Shown here: positions 29,526 to 38,420 of the stretch, in pieces | Layout: each line of letters begins with the position of its first letter | Position numbering within the stretch: position 1 is the stretch's first letter | Source: an uncultured Bacilli bacterium | GTDB taxonomy: Bacteria; Bacillota_I; Bacilli_A; RF39; UBA660 | DNA: 64,000 bases | Reading direction: 5' to 3' | NCBI GenBank assembly: GCA_934101495.1 | Contig: CAKORG010000001.1 | Location: forward strand, 8,214-72,213 | Program-made: the position numbers and the translations under genes | The notes under the pieces: generated by a model | The model's input: the letters and a program-made list of their open reading frames with translations, nothing else | Told to the model about the DNA's origin: nothing | Database searches by the model: none

Positions 29526-32500
29526 TTATTCCTTATTTTCGTATGATAATAGTTTTTCAATATCTTCTTTGGTAAGCTCTGATATAATATTTTTATCTCT
29601 TATCTCTCCATCTATTAATTTATCACTTAATATTCGCTTTTTATTTTGAAGTTCTAATATTTTTTCTTCAATAGTTCCCTTGGTTATTAAATGAATTACT
29701 TCAACGGTGTTGGTTTGACCTATTCGGTGGGCTCTATCTGTTGCTTGGTTTTCTGCTTGAGGATTCCACCATAAATCTAAGTGAATGACAACATCTGCTG
29801 ATGCTAGATTTAATCCTGTTCCTCCAGATTTTAACATTATTAAAAATACTTTTATATCATCATTTTTATTGAAATTATCTACCATTTCTATTCTGGTTTT
29901 GGCTGGTACTGATCCATCAATCATATAAGTTCTAATTTTGTTATTATTTAATTTCTCTTTAACTATGTTTAAAGCAGTTTTAAATGATGAAAATATTAAT
30001 ACTTTATGATCATTTTTAGTATACTCACTTACAATATTTTCCAACTGCTCAATTTTATTTGAGCCATCAGTGTAGTTATCATATATGATACTTGGGTCTA
30101 TACAAATTTGTCTTAATTTAGTAAGTAACTGAAGAATTAAAAATCTAGCTTTATTCATTCCATCTTCTTTAATAATCTTATCCATTTCTTCTTTTACTCT
30201 GTTTAGTTCTGCCACATATAGTTTCTTTTGTTCATCTTTTAAATCAATGTATATGTCATTTATTAATTTTTCAGGAAGTTCTTTAACTACATCACTTTTC
30301 TTTCTTCTTAAAATAAATGGAGTAATTTGTTTGCTTAAACCTTTAATTAAAATTTCACTATCTTCATCAAAATCTTTAATTTTATATTTACTTTGAAATT
30401 TAGTTAAATTTGCTAAATAGCCTGGCATAATAAAATCAAATATACTCCATAATTCGAGTATTGAGTTTTCAAGCGGGGTACCTGTTAAAGCAAATTTTGT
30501 TTCCGCTTTTATACTTTTTACTACTTTTGTAATACCAGCATGATTATTTTTAATATTTTGTGCTTCATCAATTATCATAGTATTAAAACTTAAATTTTCA
30601 TATATTTCTTCATCTTCACGTAATAAGCCGTATGTAGTGATTATTACATTTAATTTATTTAAATCTTTTAAAATATGTTTTCTTTTTTCTTTTGAACCTA
30701 TGCAAATTGCTTTTTTTATTTGGCTTGCAAAACTATCAAACTCATGTTCCCAGTTGTATGCAAGTGATGTTGGAACCACTATTAAAAATTTAGATGTTGG
30801 ATTATCTTTTAACATTTGTTTTATATAATAGATGACCTGAATTGTTTTACCTAGCCCCATTTCATCTGCAAGAATACCACCGAAACCTGTTTTAGCTAAA
30901 TTGTATAGCCATTTTACTCCGGTTAATTGATAATCACGTAAAATACTTGTATCTTCTAAACTCAAATTACTATCTTTATATTCATAAAAATTCTTTATAA
31001 AGTTGTCAAATAAATTGTCTGTGGAAATAATTGAATATTTTGTTTTCTTTAAACTATCTAGATAAATAGCACGATATTTTAATATGTTTCCTTTGCCATT
31101 TATTATTTCTTCGTCAGTTAGTTCTAATTCTTCAGTTAAATTGTTTAATTCTTGCAATGATTCATCTTCAAGATTTATAATATTACCATTTTTAAGACGA
31201 TAATATTTTTTCTTATCTTTAATACTATCAAATATACTTACTAGTTCACTACTATTAATATCACCTAAATTAAAGTTATAACTTAATATATTATCTTGAC
31301 CTATGCCAAACATTGATGATACAGATGTTTTCTTTTTAATTTTAATATTTTTAAATTTTTCAGTTGTAAATATTTCGTATTTGATAGCAAGTTGTTCAAG
31401 ACCATTTTCTAAAAATTCTACTTCTAACTCTATATCACGTAAAACTAGTTTATCTTTTTCGAGTATAAAACCATATTTGCCTATATCATTTAAGACACTT
31501 GTTTCAAAATTTATATCTCGTAGTATTTCATTTGATTTATTAAAGTAATCTATTTCTTTATCGTCATAATTAAATACTATATTAGAAATTATATATTCAT
31601 TTCTAATATCAAAATAAAGTTTAGCTTTAATAACACTTGGTAAAACTATGTCATCAACGGATGAATCTATTTTTAATTTTTTTCTAACTACTTTAAGAAG
31701 ACCTTTATTAAATAAGTCCAGTTTATCCTTAGAGATTATTAGTTTATCTAATTCATTCTGTTTTAAATCTTCGATTAATTCTTGTTCTTTAGCATTTAAA
31801 TGATATAGCTTTCCTTTGTAAAATATATATTCATAATCATCATCTATTAAGTTTTCTATGTTTTCTAAATCAAAATCTAATTCATAAATATTATCTTTCT
31901 TTACTAAATTTGTATCAATTGGAAAATATTCATTGATACCATCAGCTTCATAATTGTTAATAACAAATTTTATTTTTTTTAATTTACTCAAAAATTTCTT
32001 TAAAGATGTTGTATTGATATAATTATATCCTCCATCATCAAAAGTATTATAATAGGCTTTTAAAATTGTTTCTGCATCACTACTTAGATAATATTTTTGA
32101 GGATTATATGTAAAACTTTTGCCAAAATAAACTTCACCTTCTCCGGATTCATATACACTTTTAAAAGCACTAGCATGATTTCCTAAAGTATATAACTTTT
32201 CATCTCCGATAAGTATTTTTACTGTGCAGTCAATTGAATTGTAATAGTAGTAATAATTGCTTTTTCTTTCTGTAACATTAATTATCAAATTAACTGTTAA
32301 CTCTTTTTTAATAATATTTTCTTCACTTGTAATGAATTTTTCTAATATACTACTTGATATCTTTGGAATGTTAATAAACATCGTACCAAACATTTCTTCA
32401 TAATTATTTAATATTACTGCAGCAATGTGTTTGCAACTTCTGGTGCTTCGGTAGTCTCTGCAATCACATGATGTTCTAATAATTCTTTTATTGTTTTCAA

Positions 32501-32714
32501 TCATAATAGATACATCATAGTATGTTGGTTTTTTCTCATCATCCACTTCATACCAATAATAATTTATTTTTTCAGTTAATCCTGTAGTTTCTTTTTGATT
32601 TAGTGGAGATATTTTACTTGCATCATATTTCTTGCCTTCCACAATGTCTGATGTATGGACAAATGCTGTAATATTTGTTTTATTAATTAGTTCTTCAATA
32701 TTGTCTATTTGCAT
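29526..32714 (-). CDS. SNF2-family helicase/translocase with an N-terminal SWIM zinc finger (YwqA/RapA-like)
   Basis: 1062 aa; SWIM CDCRDYRSTRSCKHIAAV; SNF2 motifs ADEMGLGKTIQ, DEAQNIKN; helicase-C DLWWNPQAENQATDRAHRIGQ. Confidence 0.85.
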   Translation of the reverse strand: MQIDNIEELINKTNITAFVHTSDIVEGKKYDASKISPLNQKETTGLTEKINYYWYEVDDEKKPTYYDVSIMIENNKRIIRTSCDCRDYRSTRSCKHIAAVILNNYEEMFGTMFINIPKISSSILEKFITSEENIIKKELTVNLIINVTERKSNYYYYYNSIDCTVKILIGDEKLYTLGNHASAFKSVYESGEGEVYFGKSFTYNPQKYYLSSDAETILKAYYNTFDDGGYNYINTTSLKKFLSKLKKIKFVINNYEADGINEYFPIDTNLVKKDNIYELDFDLENIENLIDDDYEYIFYKGKLYHLNAKEQELIEDLKQNELDKLIISKDKLDLFNKGLLKVVRKKLKIDSSVDDIVLPSVIKAKLYFDIRNEYIISNIVFNYDDKEIDYFNKSNEILRDINFETSVLNDIGKYGFILEKDKLVLRDIELEVEFLENGLEQLAIKYEIFTTEKFKNIKIKKKTSVSSMFGIGQDNILSYNFNLGDINSSELVSIFDSIKDKKKYYRLKNGNIINLEDESLQELNNLTEELELTDEEIINGKGNILKYRAIYLDSLKKTKYSIISTDNLFDNFIKNFYEYKDSNLSLEDTSILRDYQLTGVKWLYNLAKTGFGGILADEMGLGKTIQVIYYIKQMLKDNPTSKFLIVVPTSLAYNWEHEFDSFASQIKKAICIGSKEKRKHILKDLNKLNVIITTYGLLREDEEIYENLSFNTMIIDEAQNIKNNHAGITKVVKSIKAETKFALTGTPLENSILELWSIFDFIMPGYLANLTKFQSKYKIKDFDEDSEILIKGLSKQITPFILRRKKSDVVKELPEKLINDIYIDLKDEQKKLYVAELNRVKEEMDKIIKEDGMNKARFLILQLLTKLRQICIDPSIIYDNYTDGSNKIEQLENIVSEYTKNDHKVLIFSSFKTALNIVKEKLNNNKIRTYMIDGSVPAKTRIEMVDNFNKNDDIKVFLIMLKSGGTGLNLASADVVIHLDLWWNPQAENQATDRAHRIGQTNTVEVIHLITKGTIEEKILELQNKKRILSDKLIDGEIRDKNIISELTKEDIEKLLSYENKE

Positions 32715-32809
32715 AAGTTACCTCCATCTTTTTATATTAGCATAGTTTTATTTTATATACAATTGTTTTATATTATTTTGTGAAGAAAAAAATTTTTCAA
32801 ACAAAAACT

Positions 32810-33649
32810 TTAAAACATTATGTATGGTTTTAAAGTTTCATTATTTGTTTCATATATTGCTATATCTTCACCTTGATATGTAAATATTACTTTATCTTGA
32901 ACATTATAAATATTTTTAATTCTTCCACCATTTTTTATAATTTTAATTAATTCATCATTTATTTCTATACTTGGATATTTTAAAAATTCGTGAATGTTTT
33001 GAAATTTAAAATTACCATTATTTATATCATCTAATGTAAATGAGTCTTTTATATCAAAATTGCCTTGCTTAGTCCTTATCAGATTATTCATTGTACCTAC
33101 GGTACCTAATTTTTCACATATATCCTCGATTAGACTTCTAATATATGTTCCTTTGGAAACATGTGTTTTAAATTTAATTATATTTTTATCAAATTTTATT
33201 AATTCAAGAGAATATATACTTACTTCACGTTTTGGTAATTCAACTTCAATGTTATTTCTTGCATATTCATATAATTTTTTACCATTTATTTTTACTGCTG
33301 AATATTTTGGCACTATTTGTTCATATTTTTTTGGAAACTCTTCAAATACTTTTATTATACTACCTTCAGTTATGTTAAAACTTTTATTTTCGATAATGTT
33401 ACCTGTTATATCGCCAGTGTCAGTTTTAATTCCTAACTTTATTTCTGCAATATATTCTTTGTCTAAAGACGTCAGTAAATCAACTAGTTTTGTATATTTA
33501 CCAAAAAGGCATACAAGCACACCGGTTGCAATTGGATCCAAAGTGCCTGTATGACCTATTTTTTTAGTATTAAATATTTTTGTTAGTTCATTAACCACAT
33601 CTCTGCTAGTTAGATTTTTTTCCTTGTTTACGATTAAGAGTTTGTTCAT
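32810..33649 (-). CDS. truB: tRNA pseudouridine(55) synthase TruB
   Basis: 279 aa; LTSRDVVNELTKIF...GHTGTLDPIATGVL catalytic Asp motif. Confidence 0.85.
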   Translation of the reverse strand: MNKLLIVNKEKNLTSRDVVNELTKIFNTKKIGHTGTLDPIATGVLVCLFGKYTKLVDLLTSLDKEYIAEIKLGIKTDTGDITGNIIENKSFNITEGSIIKVFEEFPKKYEQIVPKYSAVKINGKKLYEYARNNIEVELPKREVSIYSLELIKFDKNIIKFKTHVSKGTYIRSLIEDICEKLGTVGTMNNLIRTKQGNFDIKDSFTLDDINNGNFKFQNIHEFLKYPSIEINDELIKIIKNGGRIKNIYNVQDKVIFTYQGEDIAIYETNNETLKPYIMF

Positions 33650-34184
33650 TAATTTCTCTCTTTTCTATGTGTTTAATAAAAAGTTCAGTTCTATATGTAT
33701 CTTTGTCACCTGCCATATGGCTATAACCACATGTAGTTGCAAACCTTGTAGCTATTCTTTCATTTGTTGGTATTTCAAAGACAACTTCTTGTTCATTTAA
33801 GCTAGCAATTTCTTCTACTTTTTGAACTATTTCATTTAATAATTGAAGTTTTTCCGCAACATCTGGGTAGTTTGTATAAACAATATCACATATATGAATA
33901 TACTCTTTTGTTATATAAATACGAGCTACGGATTGTATTCTATCTTCTGCATTGAAGACTATTAAGAAAGTAAAATCATTATGTTCGTTTTCTAATGCTT
34001 TTTTGGAATCCATGAATGATTTATTGTGCAACTCTTTATCCGTTAGTTTTTCTTTGTCCATTGTGAATTTGAGATTTTTATTTAAAATATCTCTTTCACC
34101 ATTTTGGTTTTGAAAGAATTTGTAATATTCTTCTAGAACTGTACGTTCAAATTTGGCTGGTATTTTTTTTACTAAAGTTATCAT
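33606..34184 (-). CDS. hypothetical protein inserted between rbfA and truB
   Basis: 192 aa, no recognisable motif; overlaps the truB start by 44 nt. Confidence 0.45.
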   Translation of the reverse strand: MITLVKKIPAKFERTVLEEYYKFFQNQNGERDILNKNLKFTMDKEKLTDKELHNKSFMDSKKALENEHNDFTFLIVFNAEDRIQSVARIYITKEYIHICDIVYTNYPDVAEKLQLLNEIVQKVEEIASLNEQEVVFEIPTNERIATRFATTCGYSHMAGDKDTYRTELFIKHIEKREINEQTLNRKQGKKSN

Positions 34185-34187
34185 TTT

Positions 34188-34532
34188 TTATTCCCCCTCG
34201 TCGATTGACTTTATTATTTTTTCTATTTTTTCGCCATATGCAATTGATTTGTCATACACAAATTTTAATTCAGGTGTATGTCTGATTTCTAATTTTTCAC
34301 TGAGCTTTCCTCGTATAAATGAGGCTGCTTCATTAACTTCTTTTTCTAAAGTAGTTATGTCTAAATTATCAAATGAAGTAAAATATACTTTACAATAACT
34401 TAAATCATTTGTTAAATCACATCCTGTGATAGTTATATGTTTTAAAATTTCATCACTTACTTCATTTATTAAAATATCACCAAGATATCTTTGAATATCA
34501 CTAGCTATTCGAGCTATTTTGTACTTAGGCAT
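34188..34532 (-). CDS. rbfA: ribosome-binding factor A
   Basis: 114 aa; RIARIASDIQRYLGDIL...KVYFT... RbfA KH-like signature; follows infB. Confidence 0.85.
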   Translation of the reverse strand: MPKYKIARIASDIQRYLGDILINEVSDEILKHITITGCDLTNDLSYCKVYFTSFDNLDITTLEKEVNEAASFIRGKLSEKLEIRHTPELKFVYDKSIAYGEKIEKIIKSIDEGE

Positions 34533-36633
34533 GTTTTACCTCGATCATTTCATAAGCCTCGATAGTATCTCCTTCTTTAAAATCATTGAATTTTTCTAAA
34601 GTAATACCACATTCAAAACCTTTTTTTACTTCTTTTACTGTGTCTTTTTCTCTTTGAAGTGATGCTATTTTTTCGTCACTTGCAATAACTACACCATCAC
34701 GTATAACTCTAGCAAGTGCGCCATTTTTAACTATGCCACTTGTAATGTATGAACCAGCAATGTTACCAATTTTAGAGAACTTAAATATTTTTCTAATTTC
34801 GGCTTCACCAAGTATTTTTTCTTCAAATTCTGGATCTAACATACCATTTATAGCTGCTTCAATATCTTCGACAAGTTTGTAGATGATTGTATACAATCTT
34901 ATATCTATATTGTTGTCTTTGGCTATATCTTTGGCATTAGAAGATGCTACAACGTTAAATCCAATAATAATGGCATTTGATGCACTAGCTAAAACTACAT
35001 CTGATTCAGTGATGGCACCAATACCACTTCTTATTACTTTAACAGAAACATCTTGTTCTTTGATTTTTTCTAAGGCATTTTTTACTGCTTCTTCGGAACC
35101 ACGAACATCGGCTTTTAAGACAACATTAATTTCTTTATTTCCAGCATCAACAGATGCAAATAAATCATCAAGTGATACTTTTTTATCTTTACCAGCATTC
35201 ATTTTAGCAGCATCTTTTCTTTTTTCTGCTACAGATTTTGCTTCTGCTTCTGTTTCAAAAGCCATAAATTTATCACCAGCTGATGGATTTTCAGTTAAAC
35301 CTGTGATTTCAACTGGTGTTGATGGTCCAGCTTCTACAACTGCTTCACCACGGTCATTTTTCATTGTTCTTACTTTAGCATAGCTTGTTCCAACAACAAT
35401 TGGATCACCAATTCTAAGAGTTCCGTTTTGAATTAGGAATGATGCAATGCCACCAACATTTTTATCAAGTCTTGATTCGATAACTGCTCCTACTGCATAA
35501 CGATTTGGATTAGCCTTTAACTCACATACTTCAGCAATTGTAAGAATTGTTTCAAGAAGTAAATCAATTCCTTCACCTGTATGAGCAGATATATTTATAA
35601 ATGGAATATCTCCACCCCAGCTTTCCGGTGTTATGCCTATTTCTGCCATTTCTGTTAACACTCTATCAATGTTTGCATCCGGTTTATCAATTTTGTTAAC
35701 TGCAACAATAATTGGAACTTTTGCACTTAATGCATGTTCTACTGCTTCTTTCGTTTGTGGTTTTACACCGTCATCAGCTGCAACTATTATAATTACGATA
35801 TCTGTAACTGATGCACCTCTGGCACGCATTTCTGTAAAAGCTGCATGACCTGGTGTATCAATAAATGTTATAAGTTCATCTTTGTATTTAGTTTGATAAG
35901 CTCCGATATGTTGTGTAATTCCCCCAAATTCTTTATCAACTACGTGTGTATTTCTTATGTAGTCAAGAAGTGTTGTTTTACCATGATCAACGTGTCCCAT
36001 TATAGTTACAATTGGTGGTCTTTTTACTAAATCTTCTTCTTTATCTATTATTTCATATTCTTCAAAGTTAGTAACATCTTGTGTTTCTTCTCTTTTTAAA
36101 GTTTTATTATAAAGAAGTGCTATAATTTCGGCATTTTCAAAATCTATTGACTCATTTAGACTTAACATTAAACCATTTTCCATTAATTTTTTAATGATTT
36201 CTGCTCCACCTACATTTAAAACATTTGCAAATTCACTAACACTCATGCCATTTTTATAAAGTACAATATTTTCATCCGCTTCATTTTTCATAAGTTTATT
36301 TTTATGTTTGTACATTTCTTTTTTTAACATATTAAACTCTTGTTTATTAGTATCTTTTTTCTTTAGTTTTTCTTTACTTATACTTTCTTTCATGGATTTA
36401 TCTACTTTTGAAGACGTCATTATTTCATCTACTTTATCTTCGATATCTTCTTCTTCTTCATAAGTAATTTCTTCATCTGTACTAATTAAATTAATGGTGT
36501 TATCTAGCATAATGATGTCATCATCTGTTAATAAGTCATCTTTTGCATTAACATTAATAGCTAGTTCATGACATTTCTTTAGAATTTCTGCTACAGATAA
36601 ATTTACATCATTTGCATATTCTGATACTTTCAT
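34525..36633 (-). CDS. infB: translation initiation factor IF-2
   Basis: 702 aa; G domain GHVDHGKTTLLD, DTPGH, NKID; conserved C-terminal domains. Confidence 0.95.
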   Translation of the reverse strand: MKVSEYANDVNLSVAEILKKCHELAINVNAKDDLLTDDDIIMLDNTINLISTDEEITYEEEEDIEDKVDEIMTSSKVDKSMKESISKEKLKKKDTNKQEFNMLKKEMYKHKNKLMKNEADENIVLYKNGMSVSEFANVLNVGGAEIIKKLMENGLMLSLNESIDFENAEIIALLYNKTLKREETQDVTNFEEYEIIDKEEDLVKRPPIVTIMGHVDHGKTTLLDYIRNTHVVDKEFGGITQHIGAYQTKYKDELITFIDTPGHAAFTEMRARGASVTDIVIIIVAADDGVKPQTKEAVEHALSAKVPIIVAVNKIDKPDANIDRVLTEMAEIGITPESWGGDIPFINISAHTGEGIDLLLETILTIAEVCELKANPNRYAVGAVIESRLDKNVGGIASFLIQNGTLRIGDPIVVGTSYAKVRTMKNDRGEAVVEAGPSTPVEITGLTENPSAGDKFMAFETEAEAKSVAEKRKDAAKMNAGKDKKVSLDDLFASVDAGNKEINVVLKADVRGSEEAVKNALEKIKEQDVSVKVIRSGIGAITESDVVLASASNAIIIGFNVVASSNAKDIAKDNNIDIRLYTIIYKLVEDIEAAINGMLDPEFEEKILGEAEIRKIFKFSKIGNIAGSYITSGIVKNGALARVIRDGVVIASDEKIASLQREKDTVKEVKKGFECGITLEKFNDFKEGDTIEAYEMIEVKHA

Positions 36634-36650
36634 TTAATCACAACCTTTCG

Positions 36651-36908
36651 TTATTTTTGTACTATTTCTTCTAATTTTTCGTAAATAGAATTGGGCAATT
36701 CTACTTCAAGTACCCTATTTAATACTTTATTATTTTTAGCTTTTTTTATAACCTCAATATCTTTTTTTAAATAAGCTCCACGGCCATTTACTTTTCCTAT
36801 TTCATCAATTACTATTTCTCCTTCAGGAGTTCTAACTACTCTGATTAGTTCTTTTTTTGGTAATTTTTCTTTAGTAATGATACAAGAGCGCATTGGTATT
36901 TTTTTCAT
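36651..36908 (-). CDS. ylxR: YlxR / DUF448 RNA-binding protein of the nusA-infB operon
   Basis: 85 aa; MRSCIITKEKLPKKELIRVVRTPEGEIVIDEIGKVNGRGAYL matches YlxR. Confidence 0.8.
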   Translation of the reverse strand: MKKIPMRSCIITKEKLPKKELIRVVRTPEGEIVIDEIGKVNGRGAYLKKDIEVIKKAKNNKVLNRVLEVELPNSIYEKLEEIVQK

Positions 36909-38035
36909 TATTTGTTTCCTGCTTGTTGTATTTCTTCCATGGTCTTAATTTCTAAATGATATTTGGTTAGTTTACTAGCTAATTTAATATTACTTCCCTT
37001 TTTACCTATTGCTGCTGATAGATTATCACTACCTACAATAACTAGAGCATTTCTTACTTCAGCATCTGGTATTGATACTATAACATCTTTTGCTGGTGTC
37101 ATAGCATTTTTAATAAATACAGCTGGATCTTCACTATATAAAACCAAATCTACTTTTTCTCCTTTTAGTTCTTTTAAAATGCCAGCTATTCTTGAACCAC
37201 GTTCACCGATACATGAACCTATTGCATCTATTCTATCATTAATTGAATATAAAGCAATTTTTGTTCTAATACCAGGTTCTCTAGCTACTCCAGCAATTAC
37301 AATTGTGCCATTTGCAACTTCAGGTATTTCATGTTCAAATAATCTTTTAACAAATCCATAATTATTTCTTGATAGCTTGATGATTGGTCCTTTTGGGCCA
37401 CTTTCAACTTTGCTAACATATACTTTAATATTTGAACCCATTATTATTTGTTCACCAGGTATTGTTTCTTTTTTTGGAAGTATTCCTCTGGTTCTACCTA
37501 AATCAATATAGTAGTTATTTTGATCTTCCATTGCTACCATACCAATCATTAATTCATCTTGTTTATCAGAAAATTCTTCAATCACACTGTTTTTTTCTGC
37601 TTCTCTTATTTTTTGCATTACAACTTGTTTTGCTGTTCCTGCTGCTACTCTTCCAAAATCTTTTGGTGTCACTTCTTCTTCAATTGTTTCACCAACTTTG
37701 ATATTTGGTACCTTTAATTTGGCATCTTCCAAAAGTATTTGAGCATCACGATTAATTTCTGGCTCAATTCTTGTAATATTTCCTTCTTCATCTTCCACTA
37801 GTTCTGCTTCTTTTATTTCGGGAACTACTACGTAATATGAATATACTTTGATATCTCCGGTTTCACGATTGATGTCTACTCTAACATTTGTCTTGGAATT
37901 AAAGTTTTTCTTGTATGCAGTCTGAAGGGCTAATTGTAAGGCTTCAAAAACTACATCTGGGCTTATGTTTTTTTCTTCTACTAGAACATTTAATGCCTTG
38001 ATTAGTTCATTTCCATTTGATTGTTGTTTACTCAT
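36908..38035 (-). CDS. nusA: transcription termination/antitermination factor NusA
   Basis: 375 aa; N-terminal domain, S1 and two KH domains (GSRIAGILKELKGEKVDLV...). Confidence 0.93.
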   Translation of the reverse strand: MSKQQSNGNELIKALNVLVEEKNISPDVVFEALQLALQTAYKKNFNSKTNVRVDINRETGDIKVYSYYVVVPEIKEAELVEDEEGNITRIEPEINRDAQILLEDAKLKVPNIKVGETIEEEVTPKDFGRVAAGTAKQVVMQKIREAEKNSVIEEFSDKQDELMIGMVAMEDQNNYYIDLGRTRGILPKKETIPGEQIIMGSNIKVYVSKVESGPKGPIIKLSRNNYGFVKRLFEHEIPEVANGTIVIAGVAREPGIRTKIALYSINDRIDAIGSCIGERGSRIAGILKELKGEKVDLVLYSEDPAVFIKNAMTPAKDVIVSIPDAEVRNALVIVGSDNLSAAIGKKGSNIKLASKLTKYHLEIKTMEEIQQAGNK

Positions 38036-38037
38036 TT

Positions 38038-38289
38038 TTACTCTCCTCTTTCTTTACTTACTACATCTAATATGTAGCTATCATCTGTTATATCGGCTTT
38101 ATCCACTACTTCATTTACAACTTTGGTGGCTTCAACTATTGTTTCTAAGTCAATACCTCCGATCTTATCTAAGGTTACTGTTAGAAACTTATACTTTCCT
38201 TTTTCTTCAAAAGTTATGTCATCAACAATTATATCTGTCTTTTCAAAAGCCTTTTGTAAATCAATTTTAAGTTTGTCTAATACTAGCAT
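38038..38289 (-). CDS. rimP: ribosome maturation factor RimP, short form (N-terminal domain only)
   Basis: 83 aa; aligns with residues about 20-100 of B. subtilis RimP (IIVDDITFEEKGKYKFLTVTLDKIGGIDLETIV...YILDVVSKERG) but lacks the C-terminal Sm-like domain; RBS GGAGGTG. Confidence 0.6.
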   Translation of the reverse strand: MLVLDKLKIDLQKAFEKTDIIVDDITFEEKGKYKFLTVTLDKIGGIDLETIVEATKVVNEVVDKADITDDSYILDVVSKERGE

Positions 38290-38352
38290 AAAACACCTCC
38301 ATAACTAATAATAAAAGTGGGATTTCCTGCCCACTTAAAACTGATAGTTAAA

Positions 38353-38360
38353 TTATATCA
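38353..38360 (-). promoter_or_regulatory. extended -10 element (TGaTATAAT) of the probable rimP-nusA-infB operon promoter
   Basis: Minus-strand ...tttgTGaTATAATttaac... followed by the hairpin AGTGGG-atttcctg-CCCACT (38318..38342) in the leader. Confidence 0.4.
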
Positions 38361-38372
38361 CAAATATTTATT

Positions 38373-38414
38373 AAAAAAAAGCCAAATTTAGCAATTTATG
38401 CTAAAAAATGGCTT
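38373..38414 (-). terminator. rho-independent terminator of the 489-aa gene (nested hairpin AAGCCA...TAGCA-taaat-TGCTA...TGGCTT + T8)
   Basis: Seen directly; A8 run at 38373..38380 on the plus strand. Confidence 0.6.
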
Positions 38415-38420
38415 GTTTTA

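Noticed and set aside
34883-38308. Antisense or alternative-frame ORFs inside infB, nusA and rimP (34883..35383, 35633..35848, 35845..36030, 36963..37361, 37432..37701, 37965..38270, 38123..38308)
   Set aside because: They are embedded in strongly supported conserved genes on the opposite strand. Their translations are low-complexity and lack RBS
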